Positions 17,977-27,436 of a stretch of DNA of 57,958 nt are shown here, in pieces. The stretch comes from Pseudomonadota bacterium. Lineage in GTDB: Bacteria; Pseudomonadota; Alphaproteobacteria; Rhizobiales; Rhizobiaceae. Both the position numbers and the translations under genes were made by a program. The notes below the pieces were generated by a model that was not told the origin of the DNA, made no database searches, and saw nothing but the letters and a program-made list of their open reading frames with translations. The stretch's first letter is position 1, and each line of letters opens with the position of its first letter. The stretch lies in assembly GCA_023387775.1 (NCBI GenBank), contig JAEWHN010000384.1:1-57958 (forward strand), read 5' to 3'.

Positions 17977-18177
17977 TCACCCGTTCCTGTGAAGCATATT
18001 CAGGACTAGCCGCTCGCCTTCCTCGCTGGCGATGAAGGCGGCGAACTCTTGGTAGTATTCGAGGGTAGGAACATGGACCACACAGGAGGTCTTGCGCTTG
18101 GCGGATGCCTTGCCCGCCACAGGCGCTTTCATGGCGCGCATGGCTCGCATGGCGCCGAGCAGAGGCTTGCGGTTCAT
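17977..18177 (-). CDS. Hypothetical protein resembling the tape-measure C-terminus
   Basis: AAGGAG RBS; ends FIASEEGERLVLNMLHRNG versus TMP YLRTDEGERLIMNVQRRNR. Confidence 0.6.
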   Translation of the reverse strand: MNRKPLLGAMRAMRAMKAPVAGKASAKRKTSCVVHVPTLEYYQEFAAFIASEEGERLVLNMLHRNG

Positions 18178-18190
18178 GGGTGATTGCTCC

Positions 18191-21100
18191 TTAGCGGTTC
18201 CTGCGCTGGACGTTCATGATCAGCCGCTCGCCCTCGTCGGTACGCAGGTAATCCCCGACGATCGATGGGTCGAAGACGTTGACGATCTTCGCGTTCATCT
18301 GCAGTTTCTTGAGGGCGTTGAGGATGGCGTCCACCTGCCCCTGTGACATGCCCCGGTTCTGCTGGCCTTGCGATGTCCCCGCAGAGACCCCGAGCTTGCC
18401 GTCTGGACCACGGCGCAGCGGCATGATCGCCTCCGGCCCGGCCTCGCCCAGAAGCCCGGTCTTGCCGCCACCCATCTGGAAGTAGGTCGGCGAGGAGAAC
18501 ACGTCGCCATTGGCGAACGGGATCACGTTGCCGCCTGAGAACGCCGCGCCATTGGCGAACAGCCCGACGCCACCCTTCAGGATATGCGCCGTCGCCATGG
18601 GCGAGATCGCGTTCATGTGGTTGAGCGCCCCGCCCGCCCCGCCGAACATGCCGGCGAGATTGGCGAACCAGTTGCCACCAAAGCCGCCGCCGGTCGCCAT
18701 CAGGTTCTGCAGCATCGAGCCGAGATTGCCAGCGCCAATGCCGAACTGCTCCAGCGCCTGCATGGTCGATTGGGTGACGCCGGTCAGGCCACCGAGCCCG
18801 CCAGCAAGACTTTCGGCCGTGCTGATCGAACCGGTCGCGAGCTTGTCGAGGGCCTCGGAGGCCTTTGTGGATGCCCCTTGTAAGCCGTCGAAATTGCCGA
18901 CGCCCGCAGCCTTGGCCCCATACCACGCGCCCCAGCCGTTCTTGCTGGCATGGTTGAGCGCGAAGTCGACTTGTGGCTTGACCGTGCTCGGGTCGGCCGG
19001 ATCAAGGCCGGTCTGCTTCATGAAGGCATTGCCGAGGCCGCTCGGGAAGCCGGTGCCTTGGCCGCCCTTCAGCAGCTGGAACGGGCCATAGCTCGGCTCG
19101 CGGATGCCGTTCTTGAAGACGTTGCTCTGCCAGACGCCTTCGGCCAGTCCTTCCGAGCGAGCGACGCGCAAGGCAATGTTCGGATCGATGCCGCGCGCCA
19201 GTGCCGCTTGACGGATATAGCCCGAGATGTCCGACACTGAACTGGACGCGCCGGCCATGTTCAGCGAGCCTGGCGAACCGATGCCGGAGAGCGCCATCGG
19301 CATGGCTTTATTGTCGTTTGCCGCCGTGCCGCCAAGTATATTCGGGAGGCCGGCGCCAATTCCGCCAGCCCCGCCCAGCACGGAGCCGTTGACGATGACG
19401 CTGGCCGCCTGCACCTGCATCGAGCCGACGGCCTTCTGAGCGCCAAGGAGGCCACCGAGAACACCGCCCAAGCCCCCACCTTTGCCGCTAGACGCCCCCG
19501 AGCCGAAGATCCCGAGATCGGCAATGGTGTTTAAGTTGGCACCGGTCAGCCAGTTCTTGATCGGGTTCGTCACCGACATGTCGAACATCTGCTTGGCAAA
19601 GTCCTTGCCGATGTTCTTCAGCGCGTCTTCAATGCTGGTCGTTCCATCGAAGAGCGCATCCACCAGCGTGTCGACGCCGCTGTTGGCCGTGTCGAACACT
19701 GACTGCCATGCGTCCTTCACCCGAGCGATCTCGTCTCGCATCCGGATGACTTTGGCGATATCGGAGTCGAGGTCTTCAGGGAGGCCGGCGGCACGCAGCT
19801 GCGATGCTACCGATTGATCCGCCTGCGAGCGGCCCATCTGCCGAATGTCGAATAGAAGATCCTGCTGAAGCCGCGCGCTCGCCATGGCGTCGGCGTATTG
19901 CTTCATCGCCTCGCCAGCTGCCTTGATGGCGGCGACTTCCTTCTCGTCGATCGGATCGCCGGTGCGCGCCGCCTGTTCGCGCAGCTCCTGCATGCGCTCG
20001 AACTCGAAACGGAGCTTGGCCTGTTCGCCAGCAGTCTTGCCGATGAGGTCGAGCTCGAGACGCTGCTGCTGAAGCGTGCGCTCGATTGCCTGGCTGCGCT
20101 GGATCGTGGCGTCACGGGCTTCGACTTCCTGCCGAGTGCGTTCCTCGGCAAGCGCGCGGGATAGACGCCCCTGAAGGCCGCCGCCGCTATCGCCATCTTC
20201 CCGGGCGCGTGCGCGCACCTGTGCTTCGACGGCAGCGAGGCGCTCCGCATTCGTCCGGGCACGGGCAAGCTGCTGATCGGCGGCAAACTGCCGGTCGAGC
20301 TCATTGGCCTCGAACGACCGTTGGCCGACATAGCTCCTCAATGACCGCTGATCACGAAGTCCAGGACGCGTATTCTCACGGTCGATGCGGTTGAAGATTG
20401 CTTCGACCTCGCGCAGCTTCTCCGCCAGGGCGACAACTTCCTTTGCGGTCAGGATCGCGTCATCCGCCTGCTTGCCGAGACCGTTGAGTTCGCCGATATG
20501 TCGAACGTTGGTGGCGAACGTCGAGAGATCGCTGTTGCCCTCCTTCAGGCCGAGCAAAAGCCGATCGATCTCGCCCTGGAATGGCGACATCTTGCCGGTG
20601 ATGGCGAAGGCGTCGATCGCAGCATCCGACAGCCGCTGCATCTCCTCCGCGAGCCTGGCCGAATCGTCCGCGCCCTTCCGCAGATCGTCGAAAATCTTGT
20701 TCAGGTTGGCGTCGAACTTTTCCAGGCCGCCGCTGCCGTCCCTCACCGACTTCAGCAGGGTGTCGACAGCCCCTTGGAACGGAGAGTTGCGCGTCGACAG
20801 CAGCGTGTCGAGACCGCCGGTGTTCGAACCGAAGAGGCCACCACGCAGGAAGCCGCCACCGATAAACTCCTTGGACAGGTCACCGGACTGCGAGCGAATC
20901 GCCGCGCGGAGCGTGTCGATTTCGCTGCGCGCCTGCGCCTCGGTGTAGGCGGCTCCGCCGATCGGCATCAGGTTCTTGGCGGCCTCGCCAAGCTCGCCAT
21001 ACTGCCGCTTCAGCCGGCTGAGAAGCTCGGAGTGGCCCTTGAGCTTTTCGTCGAGGTCTTTCGCGCCCTCCCGCCCCTTCATGAACCACTGGACGGTTGC

Positions 21101-22252
21101 CGCGGTGGCGGCCGTAAAGCCGACGGTCAGCAGCGTCGTGGTGCTGAACACGGCGGCAAGGCCGGCGCCAAGTGCGGCAAGGCCACCGCCCTGCTGGATG
21201 GCTGTCGCCAACTGCGGGCCCTGCTGCAGGGCGAGCGTCATCGGCGCCTGGCCGAGCATGGACATCATGGCGATGTCCTGGATCTGCTGGCCAGCGTTGA
21301 ACCCTGCCGCTCGCGCGGCCCCGCCGCCCTGGCCGCCGCGCGTGCGTGCCATGGCTTGCGCCTTCGCAAATTCCTCGGCGCTGATCATGCCGCGCTGCGC
21401 CAGAGTCGAGTATTCGGCGATCTCCGCATTGACACGATCCTGCGCGGCCGCCAGCGGGTCGAGCTGCGCGCGCAACGCCGCAACCTTCGCGGCCATTTGG
21501 TCAGCTTCGCGGCCAGCCTCCTCGAACACCGCCGCGGAGGATTTCGCAGACAGCGGCGAGGCATCGATGCCGAAGGACTGATTCAGTTCATTCTGGAACA
21601 GCGCCCCGATTTGCTGGGCCCTCAGAAGCGCGATCTGTTCCAGGCGGTCGAATTCGGCCGTGAATACGCCAGCGGACGCCGCCGCATTGGATGACGCCGA
21701 ACCCACGCCCAGCACAGCATTGAACTTGCCCTGGTTGGCCGCCGCGATCTGACGCTGGTTGTCGGCCTGCTGCGCTGCCCGAGCCTGCGCAATGGCCGCC
21801 TCGTTGAGGAGCGTGGTTTGCTGGCGGATGTTGTTGTTGGCGAGCTCGACGGCTGCCGCCAGTTTAGTCTGGCCGGCGGCGGCAAGCGTAGAGGCATCCG
21901 CCGCAAGGCCGAGCTTCTGCTGCATGCCGACAATCACATTGGCAACGTCGGCTATTCCGGCCTTTCCGGTCTCCAATGCACGGTTCAGCGCGTTGAGGTC
22001 GCGCCCGAAAGTCTGCGTCTGCCGCGCGCCTTCCACATAGGTGCGCGACAGACGAGCCAGAACGTCCCCGGCCACGGTCAGCTTGGCCGAGGTGTCCGTC
22101 AAAACGACCGACACGCCACGCTGTGCGGCACCAGCCTCCTTGGCGGATTCGGCCATCGCCCGGTCGGCAGCAACCTTGTCGCTGGCGCCAGCCGTGTATT
22201 TCGACGCGTCCACGGCTGGCTGGACGATGAGGGCGGAAATCTGCTGAACCAA
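18191..22252 (-). CDS. Tail tape measure protein with lysozyme/transglycosylase-like domain
   Basis: 1353 aa Ala/Gly-rich helical protein; QIQDIAMMSMLGQAPMTLALQQGPQL and GEAGPEAIMPL motifs; GIDPNIALRVARSEG...GPFQL segment. Confidence 0.92.
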   Translation of the reverse strand: MVQQISALIVQPAVDASKYTAGASDKVAADRAMAESAKEAGAAQRGVSVVLTDTSAKLTVAGDVLARLSRTYVEGARQTQTFGRDLNALNRALETGKAGIADVANVIVGMQQKLGLAADASTLAAAGQTKLAAAVELANNNIRQQTTLLNEAAIAQARAAQQADNQRQIAAANQGKFNAVLGVGSASSNAAASAGVFTAEFDRLEQIALLRAQQIGALFQNELNQSFGIDASPLSAKSSAAVFEEAGREADQMAAKVAALRAQLDPLAAAQDRVNAEIAEYSTLAQRGMISAEEFAKAQAMARTRGGQGGGAARAAGFNAGQQIQDIAMMSMLGQAPMTLALQQGPQLATAIQQGGGLAALGAGLAAVFSTTTLLTVGFTAATAATVQWFMKGREGAKDLDEKLKGHSELLSRLKRQYGELGEAAKNLMPIGGAAYTEAQARSEIDTLRAAIRSQSGDLSKEFIGGGFLRGGLFGSNTGGLDTLLSTRNSPFQGAVDTLLKSVRDGSGGLEKFDANLNKIFDDLRKGADDSARLAEEMQRLSDAAIDAFAITGKMSPFQGEIDRLLLGLKEGNSDLSTFATNVRHIGELNGLGKQADDAILTAKEVVALAEKLREVEAIFNRIDRENTRPGLRDQRSLRSYVGQRSFEANELDRQFAADQQLARARTNAERLAAVEAQVRARAREDGDSGGGLQGRLSRALAEERTRQEVEARDATIQRSQAIERTLQQQRLELDLIGKTAGEQAKLRFEFERMQELREQAARTGDPIDEKEVAAIKAAGEAMKQYADAMASARLQQDLLFDIRQMGRSQADQSVASQLRAAGLPEDLDSDIAKVIRMRDEIARVKDAWQSVFDTANSGVDTLVDALFDGTTSIEDALKNIGKDFAKQMFDMSVTNPIKNWLTGANLNTIADLGIFGSGASSGKGGGLGGVLGGLLGAQKAVGSMQVQAASVIVNGSVLGGAGGIGAGLPNILGGTAANDNKAMPMALSGIGSPGSLNMAGASSSVSDISGYIRQAALARGIDPNIALRVARSEGLAEGVWQSNVFKNGIREPSYGPFQLLKGGQGTGFPSGLGNAFMKQTGLDPADPSTVKPQVDFALNHASKNGWGAWYGAKAAGVGNFDGLQGASTKASEALDKLATGSISTAESLAGGLGGLTGVTQSTMQALEQFGIGAGNLGSMLQNLMATGGGFGGNWFANLAGMFGGAGGALNHMNAISPMATAHILKGGVGLFANGAAFSGGNVIPFANGDVFSSPTYFQMGGGKTGLLGEAGPEAIMPLRRGPDGKLGVSAGTSQGQQNRGMSQGQVDAILNALKKLQMNAKIVNVFDPSIVGDYLRTDEGERLIMNVQRRNR

Positions 22253-22270
22253 GGGGTTTCTCCAGACCGG

Positions 22271-22639
22271 TTAGTCAGGTTTCGGCTTTGTTGAGTGACG
22301 ATGGTCCAGCCACTCTTCGTCCAGGGCTGTCATGAAGGAGAGGAAGCGGTCGAAGGCCTCGCCCTCAATGCCGTAGCGCCGGGCATAAGCGTCCAGCGCC
22401 ATGAAGCTGATCGGCGTCTCGCCGCCGAATGCACCGTACTGCCTGTCGAAGCGGAGAACTTCCCAGGCATGCAGATAGAAGGAGTGCCACATCTCCGGCT
22501 CGGCGCCGGCCGGTGGCTTCTCAACGGCGCGCTCCAGCCACTTTTCGCTGGGGTTCGCCTTGATGAGTTCCTTGATCCACTCTTCCTGTTCAGGCGCCTT
22601 CCGGCTTATTTTCCAGCGGAAGGCGCCTCGGAGTTTTTT
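22271..22639 (-). CDS. Tail assembly chaperone, -1 frameshift extension (gpGT-like)
   Basis: ORF in the -1 frame of the chaperone, entered at A AAA AAC; PISFMALDAYARRYG...ALDEEWL. Confidence 0.75.
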   Translation of the reverse strand, partial: KKLRGAFRWKISRKAPEQEEWIKELIKANPSEKWLERAVEKPPAGAEPEMWHSFYLHAWEVLRFDRQYGAFGGETPISFMALDAYARRYGIEGEAFDRFLSFMTALDEEWLDHRHSTKPKPD

Positions 22640-23067
22640 ACCGCGTCCTTGACGAACTCGACGCGGCGCTTGCCGACGCGGCCCGCGCACCAGTAAATCA
22701 TCGAGCGTAGGACGCGATGCTCCTCGGCCGCCAGGATGGTCTTCACCGCATCGGCCGAATAGGCGATGTCGAAACCGCGCCAGTCGATCAGCAGATATTC
22801 GACAGCAAGCTGGCCCTCGATCCGCGCCGCGGTCTCCGGCGGAACCTTGTCGTCGGGGTAATCCTTCTTCAGGTCTTCCAGCGCGGCCTGGCGCGCGGTG
22901 ACATAGGCCGGGAAGTTCGTCGAGCGGACGTGGAAGGCAACGCCCGGCAGCTGGGTCATTTCCAGCGGCTTTTCAGGGTTCAGGCCGGGCCATTCCTTGG
23001 GCTCGATCCATTCGCCGTCACGCTCTTTCGACAGGTCAACTGCAAGGCTGGCGATTTTGAGGGTCAT
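22606..23067 (-). CDS. Tail assembly chaperone (gpG-like)
   Basis: Between tail tube and tape measure genes; slippery heptamer near its 3' end. Confidence 0.8.
   Translation of the reverse strand: MTLKIASLAVDLSKERDGEWIEPKEWPGLNPEKPLEMTQLPGVAFHVRSTNFPAYVTARQAALEDLKKDYPDDKVPPETAARIEGQLAVEYLLIDWRGFDIAYSADAVKTILAAEEHRVLRSMIYWCAGRVGKRRVEFVKDAVKNSEAPSAGK
22633..22639 (-). other. Programmed -1 frameshift slippery site A AAA AAC
   Basis: Minus strand GTA AAA AAC TCC in frame 0; GGT AAA AAA CTC in the -1 frame. Confidence 0.75.
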
Positions 23068-23133
23068 GTCGGTATCCTTCGTCGGGATTGGTGGCCGGAG
23101 CGCCCGACACGCTCCGGCCGTTCTGCGCAGAAA

Positions 23134-23427
23134 TCAGCCTTGGACGGGCTGATCGGTTGCCGTGTCGGCGGCAATGGTGGTGGCGGCTTGTCTCGCCTTG
23201 ATCTCGGCCAGGTCGGACGTAGCCTGCCCGATACGCTCGGCTTTACCCTCTGAGCTGACTTTCGTGGCGAACGCGGCCGGCACCGGCGATGACAGCACGC
23301 CGGCGCGGAAGGCAACCGCATCGGGATTGCCGGTGCCCCAGGGATCGCCGCGGAAGTCGGTCAGCGGCAGGATCGCCTCGGGCCCTGACTTGGCCGAAGC
23401 GATCTTCTTCTTGCGCCGGCTCATCAC
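23134..23427 (-). CDS. Hypothetical phage protein
   Basis: Coupled to the tail tube stop codon; 97 aa. Confidence 0.6.
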   Translation of the reverse strand: MMSRRKKKIASAKSGPEAILPLTDFRGDPWGTGNPDAVAFRAGVLSSPVPAAFATKVSSEGKAERIGQATSDLAEIKARQAATTIAADTATDQPVQG

Positions 23428-24365
23428 TCTGCGTCGGTCTTGGTGATGGTGATCGATGCCGACGAGGTCGCGTCGAAGAACGCCTGGAACGGCACCTCGA
23501 GCACCACCGGCTGTCCGTTGCCGGGCGCGCTCGGCCCGCCATCGGTGAATTTCACCATCGGAATGGAGAAGCTGTACTTGTTGCCGGCGGCATCGGCGAG
23601 ATCGAAGCCGATCGCTACGTCATCGTGGTTGAGGATCGCCGTGTAGGCCGAGAGATCCTCGAACAGCACCGTCATGTTGCCGGCGACCTCGAATCGCCCG
23701 AAGCCGTGGCCATAGGCGTCGTACTCCCCGACGACGTCGACCTGGTAGATGTTGTTCGTGATGCGCAGCGACAACGCCTGCACCTTCGGCGACGACACCA
23801 TTGCCGTCGAGAGGATCGACAGGTTCGCCACGTTGAGGCCGGCGTTGAAATCCTCGGTCGTCGTCGCCGGGGCATAGGTAGCGCCAGCGATGATCGCGGT
23901 GGTCGGCGTCGGGCTGCCAATGCCCATGATGCCCCAGGTGGCCTGCACGGCCTGGCGGGAGCGAAGGTTGAGGTCCAGCGTGTTCCAGCGGCAGCCGCGA
24001 TAGCGGACGTAGCTGTCCGTGGCACCCTGCTCATAGGTGAGCTCGAGCGTGCCACCCTTGGGCGTGGTTCCGTTCTTCAGGACGCCTGCCGCGAACGTCG
24101 AGCACAGCAGGCGCTCCAGCCAAGTGTCATAGGTGCCATAGCTGAACCGCGTCTCGATCGAGCCGCTGACGTTGCGGCCGATATCAGTGATCGCCGGCAC
24201 GTTGCGGTCAGCGCGGACCTCGTCGGAGACGTCCGTCTGCTTGGCCAGGCGCACGCTCGCCGAGCGATAGCGCATGACCTGGAACGCGGGAGTGGCGGGA
24301 ATGGTGCCGATCGTCGCTTCCGACACATCGGCCAAACGGACTTGACTGCCGTCAGCAAACGACAT
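23424..24365 (-). CDS. Major tail tube protein
   Basis: EATIGTIPATPAFQVMR...SDEVRADRN; size and position in the tail module. Confidence 0.85.
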   Translation of the reverse strand: MSFADGSQVRLADVSEATIGTIPATPAFQVMRYRSASVRLAKQTDVSDEVRADRNVPAITDIGRNVSGSIETRFSYGTYDTWLERLLCSTFAAGVLKNGTTPKGGTLELTYEQGATDSYVRYRGCRWNTLDLNLRSRQAVQATWGIMGIGSPTPTTAIIAGATYAPATTTEDFNAGLNVANLSILSTAMVSSPKVQALSLRITNNIYQVDVVGEYDAYGHGFGRFEVAGNMTVLFEDLSAYTAILNHDDVAIGFDLADAAGNKYSFSIPMVKFTDGGPSAPGNGQPVVLEVPFQAFFDATSSASITITKTDAE

Positions 24366-24407
24366 GGTGCGTCTCCTATTGCTTTTGAGGAACCGGCTCT
24401 GCCGGGG

Positions 24408-24836
24408 TTAAGGTGTCGGGATCGACGTGATGTCGCGACGGGTCCAGAAGATCGTCGCCGCGATGGAGAAATAGTTTGGGAAGTCTTGGCCCGGCTCGCC
24501 GGCGCCGATGGACATTTCAGTCATGGACAGGCCGCCGATCTGCTGTTCGCGGAACAGGTAAAGCAGGTCGTTCGCATGGGCACGCGCCTGACGGCTGCCC
24601 GTGCCGCTCGGCACCATCACATGCAGGTAGGTGATGCCGCGCTCTTCCCAGACGTTCGCGCCGGGCGCGCCCATCGTGTCCTGCTCGTAGGTGTCGCCAA
24701 AGACCTCGACATAGACCCATGCCGGTGTGCCTGCGTCGATCAGGTCTTGGCAGAACTGGTTTTCATACCGCACCGGCAGGGCGGTGAAATCATCGAGACG
24801 CGCCTTGAAGGCGTCGAACGCTGTCGGGCTGGACAT
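24408..24836 (-). CDS. Tail terminator protein
   Basis: WEERGITYLHVMVPSGTG motif; position before the tail tube gene. Confidence 0.7.
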   Translation of the reverse strand: MSSPTAFDAFKARLDDFTALPVRYENQFCQDLIDAGTPAWVYVEVFGDTYEQDTMGAPGANVWEERGITYLHVMVPSGTGSRQARAHANDLLYLFREQQIGGLSMTEMSIGAGEPGQDFPNYFSIAATIFWTRRDITSIPTP

Positions 24837-25534
24837 CAGGACGCCCCGTTGATGACGATGGCGGGATAGGTGATCGGATCGCCGGCCTGGCTACCCTTGC
24901 GGTTGGCCAGTGTCGCGCGGCCGGCGCGGAACGCGCTGGAGCGCATGTCCTGCGCGGCAAGGCGAACCGCCCCGTTGGTCTTGAGGATATAAGGGATCAG
25001 CGGATGGATGCCGCTGGCGATATCGAGGTAGCGGGTTTCGAAGCGGAAGGCGCCGGAGAAACGCCGCGCCAATGCACTTTTCGAGCTGTCGAAGATGCGC
25101 TTCTGTCCCAGCTTCTTGCCCGCCTCGAGCCGACGCACATAGGGCTGCGCATTGGTGATGATCACCTCGGCACCCGCAGGAATGCCGCGATAGTCGGTGA
25201 CGAGCTTGCCGCCTGTGATGACGATGAACGACGACGCGAAGCGGCCGGACTTGTGCGGCGAACGCTTCTGCAGTTCGTCGAGCGCTGTCCGGATGACCAG
25301 CGGCCAGTTCGTGAACTCGTAGATGATCGCGCCGGGCGCCTTGTAGGCTTCCTCGGGCGCGCCGTAGACGCCGTTGACATAGCGCTCGAACTCCGGCGAC
25401 GCGACGCCCTCGGCGATGACGCGCTGGAGTTCCTGCTTGGCGAACTCGGCCACAGCCTGGTTGATCGCGTCCGGCTCCAGCCCGGCCGTCGCGAGGCGCA
25501 GATCGCGCTCGAAGAATTCGAACCCGGTCGCCAT
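24836..25534 (-). CDS. Neck/tail completion protein (HK97 gp10-like)
   Basis: SPHKSGRFASS and TNAQPYVRRLE motifs; synteny. Confidence 0.65.
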   Translation of the reverse strand: MATGFEFFERDLRLATAGLEPDAINQAVAEFAKQELQRVIAEGVASPEFERYVNGVYGAPEEAYKAPGAIIYEFTNWPLVIRTALDELQKRSPHKSGRFASSFIVITGGKLVTDYRGIPAGAEVIITNAQPYVRRLEAGKKLGQKRIFDSSKSALARRFSGAFRFETRYLDIASGIHPLIPYILKTNGAVRLAAQDMRSSAFRAGRATLANRKGSQAGDPITYPAIVINGAS

Positions 25535-25911
25535 CAGCCCGCCACCGTCATGTTCACGCGCACCACAGTCCCACCAACGGAAACCGGATCGGCAAACATG
25601 ATCTGCCGCTGCTTGCCTTTCACGACAAAGAAGTCGTTCGCCCGCGGCAGGCGCGGATCGACGCCGCCAGGCGTGACGGCGTGGCCCGCCGGCCAGCCGA
25701 CTGCGAGGATCTGCGTCATGGTGATCACCGCCTTCGACCAGGCTTGCGTCGCCGTACCAACGAGTTCATCGCCGCGCAGGCCGCGCACGGAAGCGCGAAC
25801 CGTCACGTCCTCGTCGGTCAACGGATTGCCGTCTCGACGCCGCAAGACGCAGTCCTCGCCGTTCTCGGCGAGCTGGCGGTCCAGCATGTCGATGGCATCG
25901 GCCGGCGTCAT
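25534..25911 (-). CDS. Head closure / head-tail joining protein
   Basis: 125 aa directly after the adaptor; synteny. Confidence 0.6.
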   Translation of the reverse strand: MTPADAIDMLDRQLAENGEDCVLRRRDGNPLTDEDVTVRASVRGLRGDELVGTATQAWSKAVITMTQILAVGWPAGHAVTPGGVDPRLPRANDFFVVKGKQRQIMFADPVSVGGTVVRVNMTVAG

Positions 25912-26510
25912 AGAACGTAGACCCTGAGATTGGAGAGGAGGCGGTCGCAGGTCCGCTCGACAACGGCGGTGAGCTTGTCCGCATCCAGAAACGTCTTGCT
26001 GCCGACGCCTTCGACAGTTTCGGCGCGCAGAAGCGGCGAGATGGACCTGGCCCGCATTATGTCTTGCACCGACAGGATGATCGCCTGTCGGGCCCGCTCC
26101 GGCACCGGCCCGGTCTTCTTTTCACCGGTGCCGTTGTAGCCGGCCAAATACCGAATGCGCTGCTTGGGCGAGTTCACCCACGACGCACCCGGAGAAACGA
26201 TCACCTCGCCGTCCTCCAGCCGATAGGTGGCGGGATCGGCTTCAGTCTCGCTGCCGTCCTGGCTCACGGTCACGATGCTGACCAGTTCGACGATCGGCAG
26301 ATAGGGCAGACGAATCCGCCTGTAGGTGAAATGGCCAGTCAGTTCCAACGTCTGCGGCCCGAGCGCGCGCCCGAGCCAGCCACCAGGCCCGTCGATCGTT
26401 TCCGTGACCGCCTGGATCATGGCGCGAACCGCCGCGTCATCGGGCGCGTGAGCGCCGGGGATGTCCGCCGGCGTCACGATGGGTTCTGGCGGAACGATGA
26501 CGCGCAGCAT
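25908..26510 (-). CDS. Head-tail adaptor (gp6-like)
   Basis: DGPGGWLGRALGPQTLEL, IRYLAGY and VPERARQAII motifs. Confidence 0.8.
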   Translation of the reverse strand: MLRVIVPPEPIVTPADIPGAHAPDDAAVRAMIQAVTETIDGPGGWLGRALGPQTLELTGHFTYRRIRLPYLPIVELVSIVTVSQDGSETEADPATYRLEDGEVIVSPGASWVNSPKQRIRYLAGYNGTGEKKTGPVPERARQAIILSVQDIMRARSISPLLRAETVEGVGSKTFLDADKLTAVVERTCDRLLSNLRVYVL

Positions 26511-26513
26511 GTC

Positions 26514-26882
26514 CTACTTGCCGCCCTTCTTCGCCGCTTCGGCCGCCTTCTTCTCGGCGTCGGCCTTTGCCTTGGCAGCAGCCTCATCCTCGGCCCGCTT
26601 CGCCGCTTCGGCTGCCTTCTTCTCGGCGTCGGCCTTTGCCTTGGCAGCAGCCTCATCCTCGGCGCGCTTCGCCGCTTCCTCGGCAGCCTTTTCGGCCTCC
26701 ATCTGGGCGGCAACAGCGGCGTCGAGCGCCTCGGGCGGCAGACATTCTGCCTTGATAAGACGACGTGCCTGTTCGGGATTAGGCGCCGGGTCGAACACAT
26801 CGCCACGCTGGAAGCGCTTGCCGCTGCGAATATCGACGCAAGCGGCAAGCACGGTGTATGCCTTGCTCATAATGCTCTCCAT
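26514..26882 (-). CDS. Hypothetical protein with Ala/Lys/Glu tandem repeat
   Basis: AAKRAEDEAAAKAKADAEKKAAE twice; start may be 26870. Confidence 0.7.
   Translation of the reverse strand: MESIMSKAYTVLAACVDIRSGKRFQRGDVFDPAPNPEQARRLIKAECLPPEALDAAVAAQMEAEKAAEEAAKRAEDEAAAKAKADAEKKAAEAAKRAEDEAAAKAKADAEKKAAEAAKKGGK
26529..26678. repeat. 69-bp in-frame tandem repeat (~2.2 copies)
   Basis: CTTCGCCGCTTC recurs at 26529, 26598 and 26667; the two units differ at two positions. Confidence 0.9.
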
Positions 26883-26934
26883 GGAGATGCCCGACCGGAC
26901 GCACCGGCTGGGTCAGTTTCGGGAAGAACGTGCC

Positions 26935-27366
26935 TCAGGCGGCAGGCCAGTAGCGGGCGTGACCCTTGATCACCTCGGCCGCAATCGGAGTGCCGGTGCC
27001 ATGGGTTCCGCTGAAATCGGCCAGCAGCTTGAGATAGCGTTTCCCGCCGACATAGCCGACCTTCGTGATGCCCGCCGCCGCATGAGCAGCAGTCAAGGCC
27101 TTGACGATGCCGCCAGCGCCGACACTGTCGACGCCCTGCACGTCAGCAGCCGTGACGGCGGTATAGGTGCTGTCATTATCGGAATGCGTTAGCTTGAATT
27201 CGACCTTGTTGGTGCTATCGAAAGTGATGCCACCGACACCAACGTGGATGGTTATCACGGCGCTTTCGAAGCCGAAAAGGTCGACCTTTGCAGGCGTATT
27301 GTCGGCAGCGTAGGTGGCGGCAGGAATCAAGACCGAAGCCGCGAGAGAATTTATCAGGTCGCGCAT
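26935..27366 (-). CDS. Putative head decoration protein
   Basis: AAGGAG RBS; KVGYVGGKRYLKL motif; directly after the capsid gene. Confidence 0.65.
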   Translation of the reverse strand: MRDLINSLAASVLIPAATYAADNTPAKVDLFGFESAVITIHVGVGGITFDSTNKVEFKLTHSDNDSTYTAVTAADVQGVDSVGAGGIVKALTAAHAAAGITKVGYVGGKRYLKLLADFSGTHGTGTPIAAEVIKGHARYWPAA

Positions 27367-27436
27367 AGCGATCTCCTTTATGACAGAGTTGACGAAGGGA
27401 AACGGGCCGACAGAAGCCGGCCCGAAGGCGCGACGA

